Assembly (NCBI GenBank): GCA_963833845.1 | Contig: CAWHZL010000004.1 | Coordinates: 1,521 to 65,520, forward strand | Length of the DNA: 64,000 nt | Direction: 5' to 3' | Source: Vulcanimicrobiota bacterium | GTDB lineage: Bacteria; Vulcanimicrobiota; Vulcanimicrobiia; Vulcanimicrobiales; Vulcanimicrobiaceae | Shown here: in pieces, positions 50,036 to 57,820 of the stretch | Layout: the number at the start of each line of letters is the position of its first letter | Numbering within the stretch: position 1 is the first letter of the stretch | Notes under the pieces: model-generated | The model's database searches: none | Seen by the model: the letters and a program-made list of their open reading frames with translations, nothing else | What the model was told of the DNA's origin: nothing | Position numbers and translations under genes: made by a program

Positions 50036-51259
50036 ATGCTCGGTCGTCGTCTTCGTTGGGTCGCCGCAGCGTTAACCGCGGTTTCTTTTGCCGCCATAGC
50101 GTCACCGGCTTTCGCCGACGGCACCCCCGACGTCTACGAACAATCGATTCTTCCCGGCGCGAATACCGCGATCAAGAATTTCCTGAACTCGCAAAAGAAG
50201 CAGGAAGTAACGCGCCGTCAAGCCACCTCCGTCTCACCCAGCGTCGCGCAGGCGCCCCCGGTTCAACAAGAACCGCTGGGCCCAGTGGTCGCGCTGCCTC
50301 AGGGTTTGACCTGGACGGCCGACATCTCGTCGGCCTATCCTTGGGGCAACATCGGAACCTACGGAAAAGGCTGGCTGATGGGCGGCTACGATCTTGCCGC
50401 CGGTTATGGATTCAACTGGTCCACCCGCTTGGTTGCCAGCATGTTCCAGTTGCAGCACTATCCCTACGGCTTCAATAGCGGTTTGGCGCCGGTCTATCTC
50501 GCGGGCTTCCAAAATCCGGTCGGCTGTGCCGATTTGAGTAACGGCCCTGCTTGCGGTCCCGGCACCGGGCGCAACATCAACGTGCGCACGAAAGATACGT
50601 TCGGCGTCTTCATGCTCGAAAAACTCTTCACGATCAAGTCCGACAAGCTGCCCGGGCCGGTTCCGATCGTCATCTCGCCGACGTACGTCGTGCGCGGCGG
50701 CCAGATCGGGTTCTCCCCCAACAATAACGACGTCGTACCGATTACCTACAACTTGCCGGATGGTCCGGTGGAGACGATCCCCGTACGGACCGCGCAATAC
50801 TATGCGGTCGCGATCACGTTGCCGTTTCTGAAGACGCCCAAGATGTTCGGCACCTTCACGGTCGCGCCGCAATGGCTCGTCCATACGGCCGGCGCGAACT
50901 CGGGCAACTCGATGCAGCTGGGGCAGGTTCTCTACCTCGAGTACACGCCGACGAAGATGACGACGCTCTTTTTCGAGCCGCAGAGCGCTCGCGACTATCT
51001 TCCAACCGATCCCTATCCCGAGCACCTCATAGCGTACTTCCTGGGCGTTCAGCAGCGGATCACGAAGTACGCGTTCGTCTCGGCCATTCTCAACTCGGGC
51101 AACCCGACGAACCTGGGTCCGGACGGCATTATCGGCATCAAGTGTTTGACGGTCCAACAGGCGATCAACAACGCCTGCGGACTCGCAGTCGGCGGCCTGA
51201 AGGCGACCCAGATTCAGCTGCAGCTCGGCGTGGGCTCGCCGACGTACTTCCCGTTATAA
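50036..51259 (+). CDS. hypothetical secreted protein (possible beta-barrel)
   Basis: GAGAGG RBS. Signal peptide ..AIASPAFA-DG. 407 aa, Gly/aromatic-rich alternating pattern. No family recognised. Confidence 0.6.
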   Translation: MLGRRLRWVAAALTAVSFAAIASPAFADGTPDVYEQSILPGANTAIKNFLNSQKKQEVTRRQATSVSPSVAQAPPVQQEPLGPVVALPQGLTWTADISSAYPWGNIGTYGKGWLMGGYDLAAGYGFNWSTRLVASMFQLQHYPYGFNSGLAPVYLAGFQNPVGCADLSNGPACGPGTGRNINVRTKDTFGVFMLEKLFTIKSDKLPGPVPIVISPTYVVRGGQIGFSPNNNDVVPITYNLPDGPVETIPVRTAQYYAVAITLPFLKTPKMFGTFTVAPQWLVHTAGANSGNSMQLGQVLYLEYTPTKMTTLFFEPQSARDYLPTDPYPEHLIAYFLGVQQRITKYAFVSAILNSGNPTNLGPDGIIGIKCLTVQQAINNACGLAVGGLKATQIQLQLGVGSPTYFPL

Positions 51260-51275
51260 CTCGGAGGCTCGAGCG

Positions 51276-52916
51276 ATGAGAATTTCACGGTTTAGAAGCG
51301 TTCTCGCGATAGCGGCACTCGCCGGAGTCGCGGCCTGCGGCGGAGGCGGCGCCTCCGCACCGTCGTTCGTGCCACCCGATCAGCCGCGTCAGCAGCCCGG
51401 GCCGGATTCGATTCTGAGCAGCATCGTCGGCGTCGGCGACAGTTTGACGGCCGGCTATCAATCGAACGGATTCCTCGGCGCGACCGGCGTCAATGCCGGT
51501 GGGTTGCCGGTGCCGCCGAATCAGGAGAATGGCTGGTGGTCGCTCCTCTACGAACAAGCGTCGGGCAAGCCGATCGATACGGCGGTCACGCAGATGTACG
51601 ACCCTTCGACGAGTCCGTTGCCGCTAATCAAAGGGCCGGGGCTCAACAACCAGATCATCAACGCGAACAACGGCTTCTTCCCGATCACGCAGGCGAAGAC
51701 CGGCGACGTCTGCACCGACAACAACGGCTTTAACAATGCCGGCTATCATCTCAAGGGCCTGACGCAGGTTCGCATGAACCCGACGTCAACGAACGTCCGC
51801 AATCTCGGCGTTCCGGGGCTGACGCTGCACGAGGCAAACGTCCTGCACGCGCCGCAGACCGACACCTGCAACGAACTGCCCGGAATTCCGGGATTGCTCA
51901 ACATGGTCGTCGCCGATGAAGCGGGGACGTTCTGGCCGGTGCTCGGCAACTACGCGAAGATGCACGATCTCACCGACGTTAACGCCGCGGCAAACCGCCA
52001 TCCCACGCTCGCGACCGTCTGGCTCGGCGCGAACGACGTACTAAAATACATGGGCAGCGGCGGACGGTTCGTCGGCGGCGATCGCGGTGCCGCGCAGGCC
52101 GAGGGCGATCTGCGGCAATCGATCGGAACGCTGCAGCACGCCGGCGCTAAGGTCGTCGTCGCGAACTTACCCGATATCCTCGAAGCGGGGTACTTCGAGC
52201 GGGTGACGATTCCCAAGAATCTGACGGACTGCCGAATACGATCCTACGTTTCGTGCCTCTTTTACTTCTATGGCTTTCCCGACTCTCTCGTGAAGTCCAT
52301 CGCGGCGAAGTATCACCTCGCGACACCGGACGGATGCACCCCGGCATCCCTTACCACGCCTTGCGGATACCTGACGATTCCGGGCACGATCGCGGTCATC
52401 CAAAGTTTTGCCTATACCGGTAAGGTTCCGAATCTGGACTGCAACGTTCCCGCAGCCGGCTGCAAGGGTGCACCCGGGAACGGATTGGGGCAGAACTACA
52501 TCACCCCGCAGTTTGCGGGCAAGGTTCAAGCGCTTGAAAACGGGATCAATCAGGGCATCGATCAGGCGGCAAGCGCGCAGCACGTCCCGCTCGTCGATGT
52601 CCACGCGATTTTCAAAGGATTGGCGAGCGGCAAGCCCTCGAACCAGTACTACAAGCTCGCCGCATCGATCAATCCGAAAGAGCACTGCTGCACGCTCGGC
52701 TACCTCTTCGGCATAACGAGTTTCGACGGGCTCCACCCGTCAAATACCGGATACGCGCTGATCGCCCTCGAGTTCATCGACGCGATCAATAAGGCGTATG
52801 GGACGCACATTCCCGAGGTTGACGTGGGCGCTGCCTACGCCGGCACGCGCTGCTCGAACACGCAGTACTGCTTCCCCGATCCCTACGCACCCCCCAACGA
52901 TCTAACGCCACCGTAA
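51276..52916 (+). CDS. SGNH/GDSL hydrolase family lipoprotein
   Basis: Lipobox GVAAC-G. Block I VGVGDSLTAGY. Block V FDGLHPSNTGY. Confidence 0.8.
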   Translation: MRISRFRSVLAIAALAGVAACGGGGASAPSFVPPDQPRQQPGPDSILSSIVGVGDSLTAGYQSNGFLGATGVNAGGLPVPPNQENGWWSLLYEQASGKPIDTAVTQMYDPSTSPLPLIKGPGLNNQIINANNGFFPITQAKTGDVCTDNNGFNNAGYHLKGLTQVRMNPTSTNVRNLGVPGLTLHEANVLHAPQTDTCNELPGIPGLLNMVVADEAGTFWPVLGNYAKMHDLTDVNAAANRHPTLATVWLGANDVLKYMGSGGRFVGGDRGAAQAEGDLRQSIGTLQHAGAKVVVANLPDILEAGYFERVTIPKNLTDCRIRSYVSCLFYFYGFPDSLVKSIAAKYHLATPDGCTPASLTTPCGYLTIPGTIAVIQSFAYTGKVPNLDCNVPAAGCKGAPGNGLGQNYITPQFAGKVQALENGINQGIDQAASAQHVPLVDVHAIFKGLASGKPSNQYYKLAASINPKEHCCTLGYLFGITSFDGLHPSNTGYALIALEFIDAINKAYGTHIPEVDVGAAYAGTRCSNTQYCFPDPYAPPNDLTPP

Positions 52917-52923
52917 CAATGCT

Positions 52924-54861
52924 TTGCTGACCTGGCTGCGCGAACTCGCGGAGACGGTCGGCACCTTCGATCGTTCGGCGCTCGAACCAGGCTACGCGCT
53001 GCGCTGTACCGCCGGCGTCGCGATTCCCTTGATCGTTGCGGCGTCGCTCGGCAAACCGGCACTTGGCGTGCCGGCCGCGGTCGGCGGCTTCATTACGGGC
53101 TTCACATCGCTGCAAGGCGTCTACCGCACGCGATTGCAGGCGATGCTGATCGCGGCGCTCGGCATGGCGGTGGGGAGCTTCATCGGCGCATTATCGGCGA
53201 GTTCGACACCGGGCGTGATCGCCGCGACGGCCGTGGCGGCTTACGTCTGCGCGACCGTGGGACAGATCGGGCCGGTGGCCGCAACCGTCGCGCTCAATTC
53301 GTTCGTCGTCTTCGTCCTCTTCTCGAGCCAGGCGCTGGGAGCAGAGGCCGCTCTGCTTCAGTCGGCACTGGTACTTGCCGGCGGCCTCATTCAGACGTTA
53401 CTTTTGCTCGCCTCTTGGCCGGCGGCGCACCTCGACGTCGAGCGCGCCGCACTCGCCGAGGTCTATGAGAACCTCGCCGCTTACGCGCGAGACATCCTGG
53501 CGCACCGGCGCGCACTCCCGCCGCTAACGCCGTTCGCAACCGCGCGCCAGGTGATCGCCGACCCGCAGCCGTTTGCGAGTTCGGCCGAGCGGGCGCGCTT
53601 CAATCGTCTGGTCGAGGATTCCGAGATCATCCGTAAGCGTCTAGCCGCGTACGCGCTTACGAACGTGTTGCCCGGTGGAGTTCTCGGCGAGCTCGAGGCG
53701 ATTGCCGCGACGCTTCGCGGCAGGCTGCCGAGCGATGCGCCGGACGCTCGCGAAGAGCTCGGCGATCTCGCCGACGACTTGCACGACGCGCGCTTAGCGG
53801 CAGAGATGATCTCGAGCGGCCGCATCTCGCATCTCCCGTTGATCTCGCGGCCCAAGCCCGGTCCCTACGTTGACACTCACGTTGACTGGCTCGGCCGTGA
53901 TTCGCTGCGCTTCTCGCTCGTGCTCGCCCTCGCGATGGTGCTCGGCCGGCATTTCTCCGCCGATCGCGGTTACTGGATTCCGATGACCTCGGCAATCGTG
54001 CTTAAGCCCGATTTTCAGACGACGTTCGTGCGCGGCGTCGCGCGGATTGCCGGAACGCTCGTCGGCGCGGTCATCGCCACGCTGGTCCTCGCACTCGTGC
54101 GCGGCCACACGCAGTTCGAAATCGCCGGCATCCTGATCGCGGCCGCCGCGGCGTATCTCACCTTCAGTCCGAACTACGCGCTCTTTACGGTCGCCATCAC
54201 CTCGTTCGTCGTCCTCGTGCTCGGCATGCGCGGGCTGCCAGGCACGACGACGATCGACGTGCGCGTGCTCGACACGCTCGCCGGCGGCGCACTGGCGATG
54301 GTCGGCTATTTGGTAATGCCCACGTGGGAGCACCGCCGCACGCGCCAACTGCTCGCCGATCTGCTCGACGCGCAACGCGCCCTGCTCGTCGCAATCCTCC
54401 AGGCGTATGCGGCACCGACCGACGAAGCGCGGGCCGAGATCGAACGTACGCGGACCGCTGTGTGGAAGGCACGAACGACCGCCGAGGCTTCAATCGATCG
54501 AACGGGCCACGAGCCGCGCCGGCCGCACACGATCTCGGTCGAACGCGCGTTGCGCATCCTCGCCGTGACGCAGCGCATCGGGCTCTCGACGCTGGGCCTC
54601 GAAAGCGGGTTCGACCTGCCGATAACGCGAGAGCAGGCGCGCAGCCTTAGCATATTCGCCGAAGAAGCCAACAAACGAGCAGCAGAACTCGCCGCGGCGC
54701 TGCGCGTCGGCCGGCGCATGCCACCCGACGACCGCCTCAAAAGCGCCCTCTCCGAGGTCAGCGCGCCGCCGTTCATCGCCGATCGGTTGCGCGCGTACGT
54801 CGATTCGTTAGCGCGGCTCTCGCGATTAGTGGGCGCCCAGCGCCCCAGCGCACCGTCCTGA
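52924..54861 (+). CDS. FUSC family (YccS/aromatic-acid exporter-like) membrane protein
   Basis: Two TM bundles separated by a cytoplasmic helical region. GYWIPMTSAIVLKPDFQTTFVRGVARIAGTLVG. Confidence 0.8.
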   Translation: MLTWLRELAETVGTFDRSALEPGYALRCTAGVAIPLIVAASLGKPALGVPAAVGGFITGFTSLQGVYRTRLQAMLIAALGMAVGSFIGALSASSTPGVIAATAVAAYVCATVGQIGPVAATVALNSFVVFVLFSSQALGAEAALLQSALVLAGGLIQTLLLLASWPAAHLDVERAALAEVYENLAAYARDILAHRRALPPLTPFATARQVIADPQPFASSAERARFNRLVEDSEIIRKRLAAYALTNVLPGGVLGELEAIAATLRGRLPSDAPDAREELGDLADDLHDARLAAEMISSGRISHLPLISRPKPGPYVDTHVDWLGRDSLRFSLVLALAMVLGRHFSADRGYWIPMTSAIVLKPDFQTTFVRGVARIAGTLVGAVIATLVLALVRGHTQFEIAGILIAAAAAYLTFSPNYALFTVAITSFVVLVLGMRGLPGTTTIDVRVLDTLAGGALAMVGYLVMPTWEHRRTRQLLADLLDAQRALLVAILQAYAAPTDEARAEIERTRTAVWKARTTAEASIDRTGHEPRRPHTISVERALRILAVTQRIGLSTLGLESGFDLPITREQARSLSIFAEEANKRAAELAAALRVGRRMPPDDRLKSALSEVSAPPFIADRLRAYVDSLARLSRLVGAQRPSAPS

Positions 54862-54872
54862 GGTCCACTTGC

Positions 54873-54987
54873 GTCATTCTGAGCTCCTCCGTGTCATGCT
54901 AGCGGAGGTGCGGAGCACCGTCGTCGAAGCACGAAGGACGCTCATCCAGGGGTGCTGAGTGAAGCCGCAGCACGACACGTAGCGCCG
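54873..54987 (+). repeat. GTCAYYCTGAGC.. hairpin repeat, copy E2 (composite)
   Basis: GTCATTCTGAGC, then hairpin CCTCCG-N11-CGGAGG, then ..GTCGAAGCACGAAGGACG..GTGCTGAGTGAAGCCGCAGCACGACACGTAGCGCCG. Aligns with E1. Confidence 0.65.
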
Positions 54988-55010
54988 TATAAGCGCCCGG
55001 CATTAAAGCT

Positions 55011-55047
55011 TCGACAAAACCCAACAGTTGGGTTATATTACTTCATG
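55011..55047 (+). promoter_or_regulatory. near-consensus sigma70-type promoter with a perfect palindrome in the spacer, positioned for a leaderless DUF4160 mRNA
   Basis: -35 TCGACA (55011..55016), 17-nt spacer, -10 TATATT (55034..55039), ATG at 55045. Palindrome AACCCAAC-A-GTTGGGTT at 55018..55034. Confidence 0.6.
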
Positions 55048-55290
55048 CCCTCGATAAGGGTACGAGGTTGGCGCCTGGTTGTGATTCCGGGGGATCACGA
55101 ACCGAGGCACGTTCACGCCAGGCACGGCAGCGCCAACGCGCCCGAGGTGGTGTTTCGGCTCACCACGGACGGGTCATTAACCCTTCACGAGGCCGATCGG
55201 GAACGCACGCGCGCGCAGGTTCGCGAGGCAGAGGAACTGGTAGCCGAACACTTTAAAAAGCTCGAGGAACTCTGGGAGTCGTATTGCTGA
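55045..55290 (+). CDS. DUF4160 domain protein
   Basis: MPSIRVRGWRLVVIPGDHEPRHVHARHG.. matches the MP..i....DH.PpHvH signature. 81 aa. Confidence 0.75.
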   Translation: MPSIRVRGWRLVVIPGDHEPRHVHARHGSANAPEVVFRLTTDGSLTLHEADRERTRAQVREAEELVAEHFKKLEELWESYC

Positions 55291-55739
55291 TGAATACGCC
55301 AAGAACCCGCCAATCCCTGACCGCTTCGGAGATTGCTGCGGCTTTCCGGCGTCGCAGCAAGCGGCTCTCTAGAGAGCCGCTTGCGATCTCGGTTCGTTAT
55401 ATCGCCGCGCGTAATAGCGTTGTCATCGAGATGAACAACGGGGCCTCACTCATCATCCCAAGGCAGCTGCTCCAGGGGTTGGGCGACGCATCGCTACCTG
55501 AACTTCGCAACGCCTGCGTCTCCGGCCGAGGCACGTACATTAGCTGGCCCGACCTCGATGCAGACTTTACGATCATGTCGCTACTGCACGGCGTGTATGG
55601 CGGCAAAAAATGGATGTCTGAACTTGCGCGCTACGCCGGCGCCGCCAAATCGGAAGCCAAGGCGGAGGCCGCGCGCATTAACGGTTCGAAAGGCGGGCGC
55701 CCTCGCAAGGTGGCAACGCAAGCGCGGGTTCGTAGGTAG
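55290..55739 (+). CDS. DUF2442 domain protein with basic GGRPRK tail
   Basis: TGATG overlap with the DUF4160 gene. ..VVIEMNNGASLIIPRQLL..GTYISWPDLDADFTIMSLL; ..NGSKGGRPRK. Confidence 0.7.
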   Translation: MNTPRTRQSLTASEIAAAFRRRSKRLSREPLAISVRYIAARNSVVIEMNNGASLIIPRQLLQGLGDASLPELRNACVSGRGTYISWPDLDADFTIMSLLHGVYGGKKWMSELARYAGAAKSEAKAEAARINGSKGGRPRKVATQARVRR

Positions 55740-55758
55740 CCCGTTTGCGGCTGAGTCT

Positions 55759-57039
55759 TTAAGTTATCTCCTCGTGCGAAGCCCCCACCTCGATATTGGT
55801 CTCCCGCGCACGCCGATCTCCCGCAAAGAGGGGAACCCGCGCAAGCTGCTCGTCAATCGTCCGACTGATCGCAGGCAACGGCATCTCATCGCGAATCTGT
55901 AACCACCGATCGTGAAAACGCTCTACCATACCTGCGGCGGCGGTGCGAACGACGCTTTTTGAGACGGCGGCCCGGTCGGCCAGCCGTTCGAATTCGTCGA
56001 TAGTTACATTCTGGAAAAAACGCGCGGATCCAAGAGCCAAGCCGGTTTCACTATGACCCAAGTACGCTTTTGTACAGACGTAATCATAGGCCGGCGCGAG
56101 TAGAGGCGTACGTCCATCCGGATAGACCAGCGACCAATTCTTTAAATGCATATCGTTGTTCGCAATGCCCATGTTGAAAACGAGTCGTTCCACAAAGTCA
56201 ACCAGCGCATCGTTTCCGATCGCTTGGTAGATAACCCGCGCTATGTCGGCAAACGAGTGATTGTCGTATTTTTGCTCGGGCTGCTGCTTAAAGATTTGAT
56301 TGAAATCTTCGGTATGAACTCGCGTATTCGACGTAGGACGGTCGAAGCGGTCAATCACGAGCGCGCGTCCGTTCAACCCTTGTGCTTCATCGGGTAGGCC
56401 GCTTATCTGGCGTAAAGAGACTAACCGCATGTCGGGGACGCAAATGCCCACGTCACGCGCGAATTGCAACATCGCGTACTCGCCCTCGGGCACGAGCGGA
56501 TAGTGTGTTGAGGGCAGCTTAACGATCTGATCGGTGCGCTCGCCTTGCGTGCGAATCGTCAGTCCGCCGGTCGCCTCATCGATGGCGCTAAACTTAAGCT
56601 GCACGCCCGGTAGTGCAAACCGAAAGACGTCCCTAAGATCTGGCGGATCGAGCGGGCCGCCGGCGGCCGGCGGCGGTATCTTTCGTCCTTCGGGGTCTTC
56701 AATGATGACGGCTCCTGTTAGGTCGTCACCAGTTACCCACAACAAGCCGAAGTCGTCGTCACGGGCAAGCCCCGCGCGGTGCGCGGTGTACTCGCGCAAG
56801 TGTCCTTCCGCAACGAGATTCGCGAAGAATCCGGGCGCGCGGGGGTTACTGCTGTAGCGGCGTGCCCGCAGGTGCTTGAAACTGTCGAAGAAGCCCCAAC
56901 TGAGAGTTGGGCGATTTTCGTCTTCCAGATAGCTCTGACCAAAAGTAAACGTGATCGAGCGGTCGGGCAAACGGACGAGCGTGCCTACCTCCTGATTGCC
57001 GAGCCGAACGATTAAAGCATTGGGGCGATCGATGACCAT
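55759..57039 (-). CDS. hipA: type II toxin HipA-family serine/threonine kinase
   Basis: N-terminal coupling domain (LIVRLGNQEVGTL). LPGVQLKFS. Catalytic NNDMHLKNWSL. 426 aa. Confidence 0.9.
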   Translation of the reverse strand: MVIDRPNALIVRLGNQEVGTLVRLPDRSITFTFGQSYLEDENRPTLSWGFFDSFKHLRARRYSSNPRAPGFFANLVAEGHLREYTAHRAGLARDDDFGLLWVTGDDLTGAVIIEDPEGRKIPPPAAGGPLDPPDLRDVFRFALPGVQLKFSAIDEATGGLTIRTQGERTDQIVKLPSTHYPLVPEGEYAMLQFARDVGICVPDMRLVSLRQISGLPDEAQGLNGRALVIDRFDRPTSNTRVHTEDFNQIFKQQPEQKYDNHSFADIARVIYQAIGNDALVDFVERLVFNMGIANNDMHLKNWSLVYPDGRTPLLAPAYDYVCTKAYLGHSETGLALGSARFFQNVTIDEFERLADRAAVSKSVVRTAAAGMVERFHDRWLQIRDEMPLPAISRTIDEQLARVPLFAGDRRARETNIEVGASHEEIT

Positions 57040-57371
57040 TGCCCACCTACAAGCGGTGGCGCCTCAGACTGACCGTCCTCCGGCCGGACGATCGTGTCAA
57101 CCGCTGGGACCCAGCTGCGCGGAATTAGCATGGGCTCAAGTTCGAGCGCGCGCGCGAAGTCCAGGACTGTCTCCCATCGGGGATCTCTCTTGCCGCCTTC
57201 TACGCGGGCAACGTAGGTTTGGTCCCGGCCCATTAGTTTAGCTAGGTTGGCCTGCGTTAGACCCCGTCGCTGACGCTCGCGAGCTAGGGTTTTTCCGATA
57301 TGACGGTTTGGCTCTATCACCCTTCGATTATAGCCAATAAGGCATAGAGTAACAATATGCCGAACCCCCAT
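57012..57371 (-). CDS. hipB: HipB-like XRE-family antitoxin; the real start may be GTG 57320
   Basis: HTH IGKTLARERQRRGLTQANLAKLMGRDQTYVARVEGG. Overlaps hipA by 28 nt. Promoter-like elements lie inside the first 17 codons of the long ORF. Confidence 0.8.
   Translation of the reverse strand: MGVRHIVTLCLIGYNRRVIEPNRHIGKTLARERQRRGLTQANLAKLMGRDQTYVARVEGGKRDPRWETVLDFARALELEPMLIPRSWVPAVDTIVRPEDGQSEAPPLVGGQWSSIAPML
57308..57361 (-). promoter_or_regulatory. hipBA promoter with two overlapping inverted repeats (candidate HipB operators)
   Basis: Minus strand: -35 TTGTTA (57350..57355), 17 nt, -10 TATAAT (57327..57332), GTG at 57318..57320. IR1 GGCATA-N9-TATGCC (57341..57361). IR2 TTGGCTATA-N12-TAGAGCCAA (57308..57337). 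Confidence 0.6.
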
Positions 57372-57502
57372 TTGCTTGGGGTTGTCGCAGAAAGGCGAAC
57401 GAACCAGCGGCAGAACTCGCTTCGCCGCAGTTCATTGCCGATCGGTTACGCGCGTACTTCGATCCGGCGGGGCGGCTCTCACGGTTAGTGCGCGCGCGTT
57501 AG
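57371..57502 (+). pseudogene. displaced, start-less 3' fragment of a FUSC-family gene
   Basis: FAWGCRRKANEPAAELASPQFIADRLRAYFDPAGRLSRLVRAR* aligns with the C-terminus of the gene ending at 54861 (FAEEANKRAAELAA..PPFIADRLRAYVDSLARLSRLVGAQ..). Core ttcatYgccgatcggttRcgcgcgtac is nearly identical. Confidence 0.7.
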
Positions 57503-57738
57503 GCGCCGATCGCTCTTGGGTCGAAGACTCCCGCCAAGCTCAGGCCGTGGTCGAGCGCGAAGCGCGTCGCGAGTGCGATCGTCTCGTCGCCGGGAGCGAC
57601 GATTTCGATCCCGACAACCTCGTTAGAGCTGTCGAAGTCGACGGCAACTTCGTAGTGTTCGTCGAGCGTCTGCGTGCGGGCCACCGCGTTGCGCGAATAA
57701 TAAAGATAGATCGAATGGGGCGCCTGGACGCTTACAAT
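57499..57738 (-). pseudogene. DUF2283-like small protein lacking a canonical start codon
   Basis: ..SIYLYYSRNAVARTQTLDEHYEVAVDFDSSNEVVGIEIV.. fits the DUF2283 pattern (D.lYi.l....v.vD.d..g.vvGIEi). There is no in-frame ATG/GTG/TTG upstream of the conserved N-terminal part. Abuts repeat E3. Confidence 0.4.
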
Positions 57739-57746
57739 CCCAGCAA

Positions 57747-57804
57747 CGTTCGCTCTCGGCACCGCCCTTCGGCTCCGGCGCTGCGCGCCTTCGCTCAGGG
57801 TGAG
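57747..57804 (-). repeat. GTCAYYCTGAGCGA.. repeat, copy E3 (short form)
   Basis: Minus strand CTCACCCTGAGCGAAGGCGCGCAGCGCCGGAGCCGAAGGGCGGTGCCGAGAGCGAACG aligns with E1, with an internal deletion. Lies just after the gdhA stop. Confidence 0.65.
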
Positions 57805-57820
57805 ATTGTTGTTAGCTTCG

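Noticed and set aside
54862-57370. The islet as a classical integrative element (att sites plus integrase) or transposon.
   Set aside because: It contains no recombinase, transposase or terminal inverted repeats of an IS. The duplicated FUSC segments are diverged rather than identical att cores.
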